A DNA stretch of 63,215 nucleotides, filler included, from Reticulomyxa filosa (lineage: Eukaryota; Protista; Foraminifera): the NCBI GenBank assembly GCA_000512085.1. It is 17 parts of 17 records of this genome, joined end to end, with 100 filler letters (N's around TTAATTAATTAA, not from the genome) between each part and the next. Parts side by side here need not be neighbours in the genome. Positions count along the whole stretch, not along the records: positions 13,620 to 19,385 come from ASPP01010414.1; positions 19,486 to 22,200 come from ASPP01023009.1; positions 22,301 to 37,182 come from ASPP01006748.1; 14 more parts are not named here. One strand, given 5' to 3'. The notes beneath the pieces were generated by a model. It was given only the letters and a program-made list of their open reading frames with translations, was not told the DNA's origin and searched no databases. Each line of letters opens with the position of its first letter. Position 1 is the stretch's first letter. Below, piece after piece: positions 13,845 through 27,300 of the stretch. The position numbers and the translations under genes were made by a program.

Positions 13845-15468
13845 TATAAACGATCCGAGATGACAGAAGTAACAGTGTTTTTTCAGCACTTGCCAGAGAA
13901 CGATAAGTTTGTGCCGCGAAGTGTGTTGGTTGACTTGGAGCCGAATGTGATTGACGAAGTGAAAGCTAGTTCATTTGGGGCGTTATTTCACCCCAATATG
14001 CTGATCAATGGCAAAGAGGATGCCGCCAATAATTACGCTCGAGGTCATTATACCACTGGCAAGACAATAGAACCCCAAATTCTGGAAGCCATGAGAAAGC
14101 AAGTCGAAGCGTGCGACAATTGTCAAGGCTTTATATTCAACTCTGCTGTAGGTGGAGGTACCGGCTCAGGTTTGTTTAACACTTTATAATTGTTTTTTTT
14201 TTTTTGAAGAGGGGGGGGCACGATAAAGTTCCTTTTTATTTTTTCTTTCCCTCCCCCTTTTTTTTTGTCTCTTCATTAATGGTAACAAATAAAATAATGA
14301 AGCTTTTGTAATAATTAAAAAAAAAAAAAAAAAAAAGGCCTCGGTTCATTGCTGCAAAAAGAGTTGAAAACGCGTATCCCAAAATTCCTCAAGTGTCTTT
14401 CAGTATTTATCCATCGTTACAGCTGTCCACTTGTGTGGTGGAGCCTTACAACGCGCTGATGGCCACATATAACATGGTAGAATATAATAATATTACGATA
14501 ATTTTGGATAACGAAGCCGGGTATGATATTGCAATGCAACACTTGATAAAGTACTCCGCCAATCCGCTGCAAAAGGCGTCGTACTACAATATCAACTCTT
14601 TGGTGTGCAAAGCCATTTCGAGTGTCACGTGCGGACTGCGCTTTGTGGGACAACAGCAAAGTACCATTGCGGATATCCAGACCAATCTCGTCCCTTTTCC
14701 ACGTTTACACTTTATGACGTGCAGTTTGACTCCAGTAGTGAGCGAGCGCAACAAAGAGTATAGCCGTTGGTCTGAAGAGGAAATGACTCTCAGGGCTTTT
14801 GAAAAAGATTACATGTTCGTCAAATACCATGATTGGGATGCCCAAGAAGATCAAGTTCCAATGTTTTTTCTCACTCTATGTGCTTTATCTATATACATTG
14901 TATATGAAAGATGTCCATATATGTATATACTTATTTAATATGTATGCCTGTGGTGACACACAAAAAAAAAAAACAGTATTGCGGAATTTCTTTGATCTAC
15001 CGCGGCAATGCGGACATTACTGCAGTAAATGCGGCGGTTCAAAGGGCAAAAGAAACACGGGTAAAATTGGTGGAGTGGTGCCCGACAGGCTTTAAAATAT
15101 CGATGATTGACCGCAATTTGGCAGTACTTGACGAAGATGGCATGCTGGCAACAGACCGTAGTTTGACTGTCATTGGAAACAATACCGCAATTGTCAGGCC
15201 CCTGGAACAACGTATTGGTCGCAAATATGATCTCATGTATTCGCAGAGAGCCTTTGTACATTGGTATGTTGGTGAGGGAATGGAGGAAGGAGAGTTTGCC
15301 GAAGCAAGAGAAGATCTGGAGATGTTGGTGAAAGACTATATGGAATTAAAGGCCGATCCTGGAACAGATCAGTACGAAATTACTGATGATGAAAACGTGG
15401 ATAAATCCGAAAATAGAAATCAAGGAAACAATACTACCACTAACACTGAAGTCATCAATGTCGAGTGA
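13845..15468 (+). CDS. Highly divergent alpha-tubulin (Retaria alpha2-like; 5'-partial; introns 14170-14337 and 14855-14976; apparent 1-nt frameshift at 14367-14370)
   Basis: [86 protein letters not shown] are alpha-tubulin signatures. Confidence 0.95.
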
Positions 15469-18400
15469 GTGTTCTCAAATTTATTAAAATCATTTGAGAA
15501 AAAAACAAAAAACGATAATAAAGAATCAAAAATATACAAATATAAGTCTTGATGTTTTTAATAGTTGTACAAAATGCTTGTGCGTAAAATTGTTTTCCTT
15601 CCATCCGCACATATCTCTTTCATTTTTGTGATGTACTCGATCATCAATGCAAAAAAAAAAAGCATTGGGAACAAGTTTTTTTCTTTCGTTGCGTTAGGAA
15701 ATGTAAAAATTTTCATACGACACAATTTCAAGTAACCTTGTATTTTTCAATTGGTGTCACTATAAAACTTATCACATCAAAGCTATACCAAAGAATTTAT
15801 TTTTAAATAAAAATGGTAGAAAACAGTTTTTGAAAACATCAATGATTTTCTATACTTCATAATTCAACATTTTAAAAATAGTTTCAACAAAAAAAAAAAT
15901 TTGGGAAGCCGCGACAAAGCGCAGCTTGAGTGAAAACATTATCGAGTCAGGCCAATCAAAACGACTGTCTGAAGAATGATGTATTGACAAAGTGCAGCAA
16001 TCTCATAGAGATACCCAACACAAAACATCCTCCCTTCTCTTCCTTGTTGTTCGAAAAGAAAAGGCCTCGCAGTTAAGTGAGGAATTTTGGATATTAATAA
16101 TAATATTGTTTGTAGATTGAACAATTTTTAATAACTGAATTTTCCAATATGGTTGAATTTGTTGCACTTGATTTCCACTTCTTCAAACTCAAATGATCAC
16201 CATTCAAAGCTTTTATTTTTAGAATTTCCATTATAATGCAGTAAATTGTAAAACGAGAATAATTTCTTCATACATTTGCAAGTTCATCAAAATAGTGTTT
16301 CTTTTTTCTGTGTCAATAACTAGGTTTTTTTTGTAAGTTCGGCTTATTTATAGGCAAGGGACCCCTTTTGAACAAAAAGAAAAAGAATATTTGAAAGCTG
16401 TGTCGATTAACTTGAAAGCTTATTAATTCGGACCCATAAAAAAACTACAATTTTTTGTTGTTTTAGGAAGTTGTTTGAAATGAAACACAACAAGTTTTAA
16501 TACTCAAATACAATACAAGTAACTTGTCATTGTTTTGCTTTCTTCTTTTATTTTTTGTTTTGTTTTTTTATTCGCCTAATACACAACAAAACCAAAAAGT
16601 GATAATCTCATAAAATAACGAAATTGAAAAATTTTGGTTAACATTTCAGTGTTTGTACGATAGTTTCTTTCGTTCGTTGTTTCTCTTTTTTGTTTTGACC
16701 CTATCACAGCCATACCGTGTCGGAGTTCACATTCAAACTTAAACTCTGTTTGTGTCTAGCTCAAAAAAATAAACACGAAAAGTAAACTTCAAAACCCAAC
16801 ATAATTAAACCATATGATCGAACATCAAATAATCCTTTTTCCATTATAGAATTTTTTTTTGAACAAAACTCTTGTAATGACTATTATAAAAAATTTTATA
16901 ATCTTTGCCATATGTGGGTTATTTCGAGAGAAAATATTGTAACTTTGAAGGGTAAAATTGAATGATAAAAATATCATAAGGATACTTCGAGAACGTATTT
17001 TAAGTCGTTTTCGAGTGGAATGATAATTGGTGAACATTCATGAAATTTATGCAGATCTGATGTTATTTACCACTGGAACTTTCTTTTGAGAAAAAAATTC
17101 ATTTATGTTATCTAAGACGATCTCAAGGAAAAAAAGAGAGTAATGTAGTGGACGTTTAGTCTGAAAATGGACTTAACATCAAAATAACTGATTTAATTCA
17201 CTTCTACTTGGATTTTTTGTTATTATAATTGGATCTTTTGAAGAAGAAATTTCCAAATTTCTTTAAATCTTGGGAAAAAAGGGCGCTCAAGATGACTGGT
17301 ATCTGAAGAGTCATAATCTCGATAAAAGGTAGAGTAATTGCTATAATTTAACAAACAATTAATTCAATAGATCTGGAATTTGTGTCCAATTGATTTGAAT
17401 ATAAATCATAGCTTTGTTGCTGTTTTGTTTTTTCAAGAAAAAACTCGAATCAAAAAAACTTTACGTGAAATTTTCCTTCTTTATGCAACCAAGAAAAAAT
17501 TTTCAGAAACAGAAATAAGGACAACAGAACGAAAATACTGTAAAAAAAGGAGAAATTAAAATGACAGCTTCCTTTTGTTTTAGTAAACATTGGCTCTTGC
17601 AACTAAACCAACAAGAACAAATCAACTACTTCATTTGTTTGATTTGTAAATAAGTTGCCAATAATCCTATTGAAATTGCTTGTTCACAACATAAACAATT
17701 GAAAAAACCGCTTATTGTTGAAAGAATTGTTTGGAGTAATTCTTTAGTGTTAATGCTAATTCTTGCATGTTCAACCTCACGATGGTTGTTTATATCACCA
17801 AAACAGATTAAGTCAATTACAAATCAGCAATTAGTTAGCTAAGTGTCCACAACAATTTTGACAGGATTCACAAATATCTATTCAACGAGGACAACAAGAA
17901 AAAAAAGGAAATGAAAAATTGGTATGTAAATTTAAAAGAAAGAGCAAGAATTTGATGATCATTTGGAAAACTCTTGTCCTTTAAAATTATTCGATTGCTG
18001 GTATAAAGTATTTGGATACAATCACATTTATCACAAACAAAAATCGCAAGGACATACCTCAAAATTAAAATTTCAGCTTGGTTTAGTTGTTAATTCATTG
18101 GAAAAATTATTCAAATTTATAATAATGAAAATACATTATTAAAAAAAGAAGTAATACAATTATAAACATAATAAATGAAACAATGGAATTGAAATAAAAA
18201 GAATTATCAGAGCAATAAAATAAAAAATTTACAACAATGATCAAAACAAGAATTACTTAAATTATGTGCTGGCATTGAAATCATAAAAAAAGATTTTAAT
18301 GAAAGGAAAAACAATATTACAAAATTTGATTAATGACCGAAAAGACGAACAAGAAAAAAATAACAGCATTTTATCTTCTACATTATTTAAAATTCTCAGT

Positions 18401-19378
18401 GGATTCCGATGTTATTTATGGTTGTCAATACTAATAACTTGATGGCAGATTTATTTACCCTGGATCAAGAAAAATAAAAATAACATAATCAATAACAAAT
18501 AAATTTAATTTCCAAAACTTGTAACATTCTACATTTTGCAAGACTAATTTTTGTTTCATTGAATTTATTAACATTTAAGTCAATCCTTTTCAAAAATTGC
18601 TCAAAAATTATTGACATAATAATAACAATATTATGTGTTAACATGATTTCTTGAGAATGTCACTTATTTCATCGGTGACAAATTCTCTTTGAAGAAAAAG
18701 AAAAGATAATTATAAATTAAACATTACTAATATAAATAAAATGATAAATGATTATTGTTTTGAATATTGAATTTTTTTGACATGATAGGAAAACAATAAA
18801 ATGACTGCTGTTGGTAATGAAAAACAATAATTAGCATTGGTAAGCTTTTTCTCAAGCTTCAGCAAACTAATTGTCTTTTTTTTCTTGCATGTGATTTTTA
18901 TACTTTGATCCAATTACTTATTTTGACATCGGATTTGAATAATAAATAGTTTGTATGAAGTATTGATTATTTTTTTCCATCATTTAATGGTGATAGATAT
19001 TTGTGGATATGGGGTATTGAAACAAAACAAATAATTGTATTCAATTGAGAGTGTAAAATAAATTAGAAATTAATGATAGTTCAAATACAATACTATGAAT
19101 TATATGTTATTAAAGAATATAATGATTGTGGAATATGTAATTTAAATTTGTATGATGAAAAAAAAGAGTAATTTTTACAGTATGTCCTTTTTAACAAAAG
19201 GCAAACCATTGTTAACAGTAATTGTTACCGCAAATTCAACAGCATTTTCTATGAAGAAACATACAAAATAAATTGATATTGTGATTGCAAAGACGTATTT
19301 TTAAAAAATTATTGATTTTATTGTTATTTTGGTATTTCCATTTTTCAAATTCAAATAATAATTTAATTGCTTTATTAA

Positions 19379-19385
19379 TACAGTA
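19379..19385 (+). mobile_element. Possible truncated terminus (TA|CAGTA) of the repeat seen at 50742 and 59867
   Basis: Contig ends exactly in TACAGTA, the first 7 nt of the 36-bp repeat. Confidence 0.45.
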
Positions 19386-21682
19386 NNNNNNNNNNNNNNN
19401 NNNNNNNNNNNNNNNNNNNNNNNNNNNNNTTAATTAATTAANNNNNNNNNNNNNNNNNNNNNNNNNNNNNNNNNNNNNNNNNNNNTGTTTAAAAAAAAAA
19501 AGACTAATGAGTTTTGAGCACTAATGGTACCAATTGAAGTGAGATGGATAATCTTCAATTCGTAATGCAAAAAGATAAACTTATTATATCTGCAGAACCT
19601 ACACCAATTTGTACGATGTGCGATTGCATACAGACGTGATTTTTTGTTTCTGAACACCAACACACACTCGCTTCTGCACCGAAAGAAAAAAGAATAATCT
19701 GCGATAACATGAAGTTTCCAAGTTTTTTGAATTACGTTCCACAAAAGCAACACAAGTTAAGATTGTCGGCGTTAAAAAACACCTGTTTTTGCTGTGTTGC
19801 TTTTATTGCTGTCGCTTTTTCGACAATTGATTTACTTTGATTTGTGCAACTACAGATTTCTGGGAGTGGTGAAACCCTATCATCCAACTCCCAGGATAAG
19901 CAAAGATTTTTTATTTTTTTTTTTATTTAAACAACCAGTTCAAGTTTTTTTTTTACAAAAGTTATAAGTGTGATTTCATTGGTCGGTTATAAAATGGTTT
20001 TTTTAAACGCAGATGTGTTTTATTTCCAATTATCAGCCAAAACAGAAGTTATTACAACAAAATTTGATGTTAAATTGTCGTTTTCCTTTGGTGCTTACAC
20101 AAACACAACGTTCGTGAAAATGCCAAGGGCGTGTTGACATTTAAGACAAAAATGTGTTTGTGATAGCAGCACTCAAATTTGAGATGATGGTGCTATTTGT
20201 CTTTGAGTTCATAATCCTTTAATTGACTTATCCTTTTGTGATAGTCATGCCAACATGAATGTCATTTTAAGAATGGACACAATATAAAGTCATTGCTTTT
20301 ATTTAAAATCAACTTGCTAAAGAGTGGAATGAATTTTTTGGTTTATTTTTTCAATTGAGAAATTTTTTTGTAAGGGTTTAATTGCAAGAAAAACATGCTA
20401 GATGCAGACGCTTGGCCCAGACAATTATTGTTGGTTTCTTAAAATAGGTTTCCAATTTTGTTATTTTTTTTCGATGCTGTGTCATAAATAGTCACTGTTG
20501 GACACTTCAATCAAACAGCATAAATATGTATATGTATATTACTGGTTTGAGGACCGAATAAATTCCAATTAACTGCTTGCAATACTCCCAGAAACCCTCC
20601 TTCAAAATCCCAACCCATATTCAAAACTTCCTGTTAGTGTCAAAAAACAAGTTTTTTTTTGTGCTCATTTTTAAGCTTTTCTCGCACTTTACTCTCAAAT
20701 CCACATAACTTTTTTGAGCTTGTTTCGCATGTTTTTACTTTGGAAACACTTGACACACTTCTGCAATAAAAAAAAGTGCCATTTGTTGCTCAGCGCAAAT
20801 TCATAAGCCATGTTTCCATAGCGATTGTAAATGTGAACCCGCTGATCGGGACAGTGGTCTCTGTGTCGGTTTTTTTGTTAGTACCACAATGAATTTCCTC
20901 GTTTGAAATCATAAAAAAAATTCTAAAACGGCTGTGTTAACACAAGTATTTCTCAGTCACTAACCATTTCATTTATAAACGTGAAGTATTACAAATCTTG
21001 AACTTTTTGAACCCCCTTCCACCGGCTCTGTCGTCACTTATCACAAACGAATACTGTACTACTCTCATCAAGTTCAACTACTAAGCAGACGAATTTTTTT
21101 GCGTTGGGAAAGGGACAGTTCAAAAGTTTTTTAAAATTTTTTTATGTACCGGCAACACTCTTCTATAAAAAAGTTAAGAGTGCGACTTGTCATATCTTAC
21201 ACGTTAAAAAAAATCAATTTTTGGATGAACAAAAGAAAACAATTTGGATTCAAATGATTCCCTTCTTTTTAAAAAGGCTTTAAGTTGATGCATTTAAAGC
21301 AAATTTAATCCAATGAAATAACTATAGTGAATATACCATAAATGGTTTATGGATGTTACCACATATAATATGTATAAACACTAGATTTGAGAGGATATTT
21401 TGCGAACAATTATTTTCCTTTTGTTGCGGAATTACTATTTATATATTCAAGTTCATTTTACAATAATATAATTTTTCTATCTACATAATTTTAGTGAATA
21501 TTTATACTGAGTTACAATATTTTTTTAAAATCATTTTAAAAAAGTATATATAGTTTTATCGAAAAACTAAAAACACTAGTTTTGTAAAAAGGTTAACACT
21601 GTCAGGTTGCTTTCACAAAAAAAACTCGAAAATATCGAAACATTATTAGCGTGGTGACAATAAGGATATTTTCCTGTAAAAG

Positions 21683-22096
21683 ATGAGTGATGATGTAAGT
21701 GTAACAGAGGAAAGCTACGAAACGATTGAAAACGAAGACGAAAATGAAAGTGAGAATAATGAAGAGAACGAAGTAATGCCAGCGAACAAAAAAACAGCAG
21801 GCATGAAGACGACAATTAGTGGCGAAAACGGAAAGAAAAGCTATGAGATAACAGTAGAAGAAGAATATAATCGACGAATAGACTACTTAAGCAGTGAATA
21901 CATATATTTACTGCAATTGAGTTATTATAGCACATTCTTTGGTCCACAGCCAAAGCATATTTGGAGAAACGATGGCAAATTGATGAAGCTACCATACGAT
22001 TCGGACAATGGTATCACTACTCTTCAGTTCAATTCCATCAAAGATATGGGTTACAAAGAATTTGAGGGATGGATTGCTAAACAAGTTTTGTATTGA
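21683..22096 (+). CDS. Hypothetical 137-aa protein with acidic N-terminus
   Basis: Complete ATG-TGA ORF with coding-like composition in an otherwise very AT-rich contig. Confidence 0.5.
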   Translation: MSDDVSVTEESYETIENEDENESENNEENEVMPANKKTAGMKTTISGENGKKSYEITVEEEYNRRIDYLSSEYIYLLQLSYYSTFFGPQPKHIWRNDGKLMKLPYDSDNGITTLQFNSIKDMGYKEFEGWIAKQVLY

Positions 22097-22158
22097 GCAA
22101 AATAATAATGAGTTCAATTTTCGAATCGAATGTTAATTACTTCATACAATTTTAAAAT

Positions 22159-22200
<42 letters not shown>

Positions 22201-22329
22201 NNNNNNNNNNNNNNNNNNNNNNNNNNNNNNNNNNNNNNNNNNNNTTAATTAATTAANNNNNNNNNNNNNNNNNNNNNNNNNNNNNNNNNNNNNNNNNNNN
22301 TTTTTTTTTTTTTTTTTTTTAAGTGCTTT

Positions 22330-23477
22330 TAACTGCAAAGTTTCAATGGAAATGTGAATGCACGTTTTCAGTGAAAACTTTCTTTCATTGTTTTCAAACA
22401 AAGTACACAAATTTTCCGATTGCATTTCCATCGCAATTGCTTTGTAATTCTTGTAAAATCCGTGCCACAAGAGTTTGGGTACTCGATCACAATTTCGCAA
22501 TTTGTCCAATATTTGTAGTTCCCAATTGGTGGAAGATTCTCGTTTTTTTTCCAACTACAAAAACAAACAAAAAAGTAAAATTAATAAAAACCCAATAAAT
22601 TGCTCGGAACGGAGTAAAGAATTGTGCTTTTATAACTTTTAAAGCAATTTTAGAAGTAGTTAATAAATCAATAGCTTCGTAGGTAACACCAAAAGATCCT
22701 TTTCCAAGTTTCTTGTGCAATTGAAATCGTTGACCAACAACAATTTCGTAAGAGGGCTCAACATTTGTTTTTGCAGAAACATTTTCTTTGGCTGGTGGGA
22801 CAGCATTTGGATTTTTCCAGTCATGTGGACTTGCAGTGGAAAGGAACGACTGTCTGTTGAATGTTCCCAGAAACAGAAAAAAACACAGACCGAGCAATGT
22901 TTTCATGTTATAAGGATAAAGAATTGCTCTTTTTTATCTGAGTGGAATCAAAAAGAAGTCGCAGCATTTTGAAAGCAAGTCCGTTGCTGAACTTCATGAC
23001 ATAAAACACGGTGATTATTTCCCGTCCCAATTGAAAACAGTTTTCTAAACTTGTATGATGGAGAAAAACCCAAGCAGTGATTAGGCGAAGTCAGTGGGGT
23101 TGCGTTTGTAATATTGTTTGTGAAACTAAATGTAGTTTGCGAAGAAGGATTTGGCAGTGTGTGGGCTGCCATTGGCTGTGGATGGTCACCAGGGGAAGAA
23201 ATTGTTAAAGTTTTAATTTGTAAATATTGTGAGTCATGTCCTCTTCGTCACGTTTGGGTACTTTTAAGTTGCTTTGTGAATGAATTTGGACTTTGCTCGT
23301 CACTTGGCTGTGCTCATTGCTTACTTTAATAACGTGGGATGGCCTTTTTGCTTCTTTGGCTGTCGGATTTGCTGATGATACACATCGGTTTATCTGGAAA
23401 ATCGCTTTTTGCTCTTCACTCGGTTGAGAGGTTGTGTTGGCACACAATGAATTTTGAAAAGGAGAATTTCCCATCAT
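22330..23477 (-). CDS. Casein kinase 1 family kinase with long N-terminal extension (3'-partial; frameshifts in the extension)
   Basis: VGQRFQLHKKLGKGSFGVTYEAIDL...IALK|EK...VPKLLWHG..YKAIAMEMQSENLCTLF...RKFSLKTCIHI = CK1 subdomains I-VIa. Confidence 0.85.
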
Positions 23478-24350
23478 GTCTAGAGGTATTGATGACACGA
23501 AAGTTTTCTTACTATTTTCTGGTAAAAGAAATCGAATCGGATTGTTCCAATTATTACAATCGGTCAGAATCACAAAAAGCAATCTATATTTTCAAACACT
23601 TTGTAATATCAAAGTTGCTATTTTGTTTTCCTTGTGAAATATACACCAACGTGTTATTCAAAGCAACTTTGAGATTGACAAATATTCATCAATTTAAACT
23701 ACAAAAATCGTGATTTGATGAAGAGGTTTTTTTTACAATTGTTTGTATGAGTCGCTAATGACCTAAACAATGAGCTAAAAAAGATGACATGAATTGAAAG
23801 AAACGAACAAATTAAAACCTTGCAACGTGAAATTGACACACTAAAAAATTTTGATATGTTTGAGGAGGTTATTTTACTGTATTTTTTATGCTTTCTTCAA
23901 TATTCAAGCCAAAAAACTTGCAAAATTATCTCTTCGAATCAGGGGGACGCCACAAGGTTTTATATAAACAAAGAATCATTTTCATTACACGTGTTTAAAA
24001 CTCTTTTCAATTGGCAAAGGTATTATTAAATTATGGTTACATTTTTTTGATTTTTAGTTGATGGCATTCGTTTTTTCAATTTCGAAACTTTAGTTGATTT
24101 TTGAGCATGCAAGGATTTTTATTATATTAAAAAACCTGGATACGTTTTCACACGTTTGGCAGGTTGTTCGTACGTGTGCATGCTACAGCTTCGGTACCTT
24201 TTTTAGAAAATCTACAAAAAGTTCAACTTGTTTAAAATAGTAATCTTAGCTTCATTGTGGGATTGTTTTCCTTATTTAGAAACACAATTTTTTTTCACTG
24301 AGATATATAAGTGAAATCGTTTTGTATAGAGACTGCTTTAAAAAAAAAAA

Positions 24351-27300
24351 ATGAGTGCCGACGGGCCAAACAATAAATCGCTAGAAGAGAATTACAAAAA
24401 GCTGACGCAAAAATTGCAGTCAGTATACAACTCTGCGAGATCAAAGGGTGATTTCGAAAACTTGGACTCTCAAAAGGCGTATGAATTTCTATACACACAA
24501 TTTAAAAAAAAAGAAATGTGTTTTGACATCCCATTTATGTTTCACCTTAAATTCGCACGAATAGCATGTGTATGTATATATGTTGGTTGCAAAAAAAAAA
24601 AAAAAAAAGAGAATTCATTAAATTATTTTGTAAAGCATTTGATTGGAGCGCCGACTATGACGATGAAGATGAGGATGGGTTGCAGTTTGTGAATAATGAG
24701 CACGAAAGTGAAGATCAAGCAATAAGCGCAGAGGATCAAGATGACAAAGTGCTGGAAACAACAGAAGCGACAAAAGTGAATGAAAAGAAAGCGGCGGAGG
24801 AAAAACAGGGCCAACCAAGCGAAGAGAAAAAGTCACAGTCACAAATACGAAACGGAGAACAAATATTAAAAGCGCCATCGACGACAATGACAATAAAAGA
24901 GGGCCGAGAAAGCAAGGAAGACGTAAATGAAGTGGGATTTGTCCATGTATTACGTGATGACGATAATGATAATGACAATGATAATGATAATGATGAAAGT
25001 GACACTCTCGATAATGAGGAAGAAACAAAGGACAACGATCTTCATCAACTCAGTGCGACAGCAATGAGAGAAAGAGAAAGAGAAAAAGAAAGAGAAAGCC
25101 GTCAATACAATGACAACAACAAACAAGTGGAGGTGCGCCATAACGAATCTGGTCATCTTAACAATATTGGACATACTACAAGTGGTACTGCCCTCAATCA
25201 AAATGCGACAGGGTTGGTTTTTTTTCCCATCTTTTGTTTATTTGTATAAATGTTATGTGGGTGTGTATTGTATGTCCATGTACTTTTTATGTTTTGATTG
25301 CGTCGCACTTTTTTTTTTTTAATGCGGGGGGGGGGCACACCTGAATTGTGAACTTTTTAGCAATATCAGTGACAGTTCAAATGAAAATGATGACCAAGAC
25401 AATGTACTAAAGACAGACACGAAAGCGAATAATACAAACGAAAGAGCGGAGGAAGAACCGAACAAAAATATTTTGCCTAGTCTTTCTGCATTGGGAAACG
25501 CCAGTGAAACAGTCCAACTTTTAGTCGGAGATTCGGATGTGGCACGGCGATTTGCTGCCATGAAAGGCACTGAGTGGCAAAGAGAAAAATTCAAATCGGT
25601 CATGGAGTAGCGATCTCAGTGGCGATAGTCATAGTAATAGTCAGGGCAACAGTCATCCCCATGAGCACAGTCACAACCATCATCACCATAGTCATCACCA
25701 TGGTCATCATCATAATCATACTCATCATCGCCATCATCCTCAAGGTAGTGCCGACGAACTGACAGTCATGGGCATAACCAACAAAGCGAATTTCAAAGCT
25801 GTGCCAACCACGGCAAATATCCCTAATCGTGCTAACATCCATGACGCTGTCAATATGGACAGAAAAGAACTTGCTAATGAAAGTGAACCAATTGACAAGA
25901 CCAACTTTGCAACCCCAATGAGTTTTTTTTTTGTTGTTTGTTTCCCCCTCCCTCTCAAATGCTCCCCCTTCATGTAATACTTATTGACCTTTTTTTTTGT
26001 TTTTGTAAAAAAAAAAAAAAAAGTTGAAACGCACGTGGTCCGCCATGTATTGCGACAATTGATATTGCTGTTGTTGACTCATCATCCAAATGGTGTCTAC
26101 GAAAGTGAATTGCAAACAAAATATCAACAGACGACAAATGACAAATCAAAAATTGATGACAACATTCAATACCTATTGTTTAATCACCGAAATGTGTTGG
26201 TCACTCCTTGTGTTAATCGCGGCAACCTATTGACGCTAAACCATCAGGTCAGGAATGTTACATTCATTACTTCTTTGAAGAAAAGCATATGCTTTTTTTT
26301 TTTGGAAAGAGGGGCGACACGTAAGATAAAGATGGAATGAATACAAACACAAATAAGGAGAGGAGGGAGGATACACTAAACGGAAAAAAAGAGCCACAAA
26401 AAACGCACTACAAGTAGCAACGTTTGTGGACAAACAAATAATAACAAAAATGATACAAATTGACAATAAAACACAACAACAATTGCGTAGACCATACAAA
26501 GCGTGCTGGAAGAATACACAATAGCAGAACTTTCGCCTTCCATCGGTAGGCACATCAATGTGGTCATCAAGTTGTTTCCTTGTGGCATTTTATCAGATAT
26601 TCTGGATGAGATGGTTTCCAATTTCTATGGATATAGGTATGTTTTTTTTTTTCCTATTTCAGATCTCTTTTCCAAGAGACTTCCGAAAAAAAAAACTCCG
26701 TGGGAAAGATTTTTTAAAAAAGCAAACTAAAATAAAAAAAAGCTGAAATTAAAGGGGACAATTACAATTTCAATAGATTGTCACAAATTGTCTCGGATAT
26801 TGAAAAATTTACAATGAGTCATTGCACTGTCACCACAAGCAAAGATGAGGATTCGCTCATTTATTTTCCATTGAGTAGCGAAGAAATAAAACCAATTGTT
26901 CATCGCTCTCAGGTTTTTAGAAGCGAAACATTATTTGTTTGTGTATCTATTTCCCCTTTGCTCCCATGTTAAAATGTCATTAATTGAATTGAATTCGCGA
27001 AACAATTTTTTTTTTTTTTTTTTTTTTTTTCATTTGGATGTTTGATAAGGTGTTATCTACGGCGATTGGATATCGTGAGCTCCTCATCGCTTTGTTGGCA
27101 CATCATAAAAAGCCAATCGATATCGGTGAGTTGGAACATGAGTTTGAGGAATTATTTAACATGCACTTAAACGCTTGCTCTCCTGTTATAAATCGCGTGC
27201 TTAAAAAAATCAATGATCCGACATTGAACCAAGAACAAAAGCAATCGCAATTGCATCATACCTCACAAGCAGTTGATGAAAGTAATTCTTCTCGTAGTAG

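Noticed and set aside
14360-14400. Single-base frameshifts in conserved genes (tubulin, POT1, CK1, gene at ~2225) as programmed frameshifting or RNA editing
   Set aside because: All sit in or beside homopolymer runs, are fixed by +/-1 base and share no slippery-site or stop motif; sequencing error is simpler.
15470-21600. Long ORF-poor AT-rich stretches (also 49400-50700 and 57400-62100) with traces of decayed coding sequence
   Set aside because: No family, RNA gene or repeat structure could be supported by eye.
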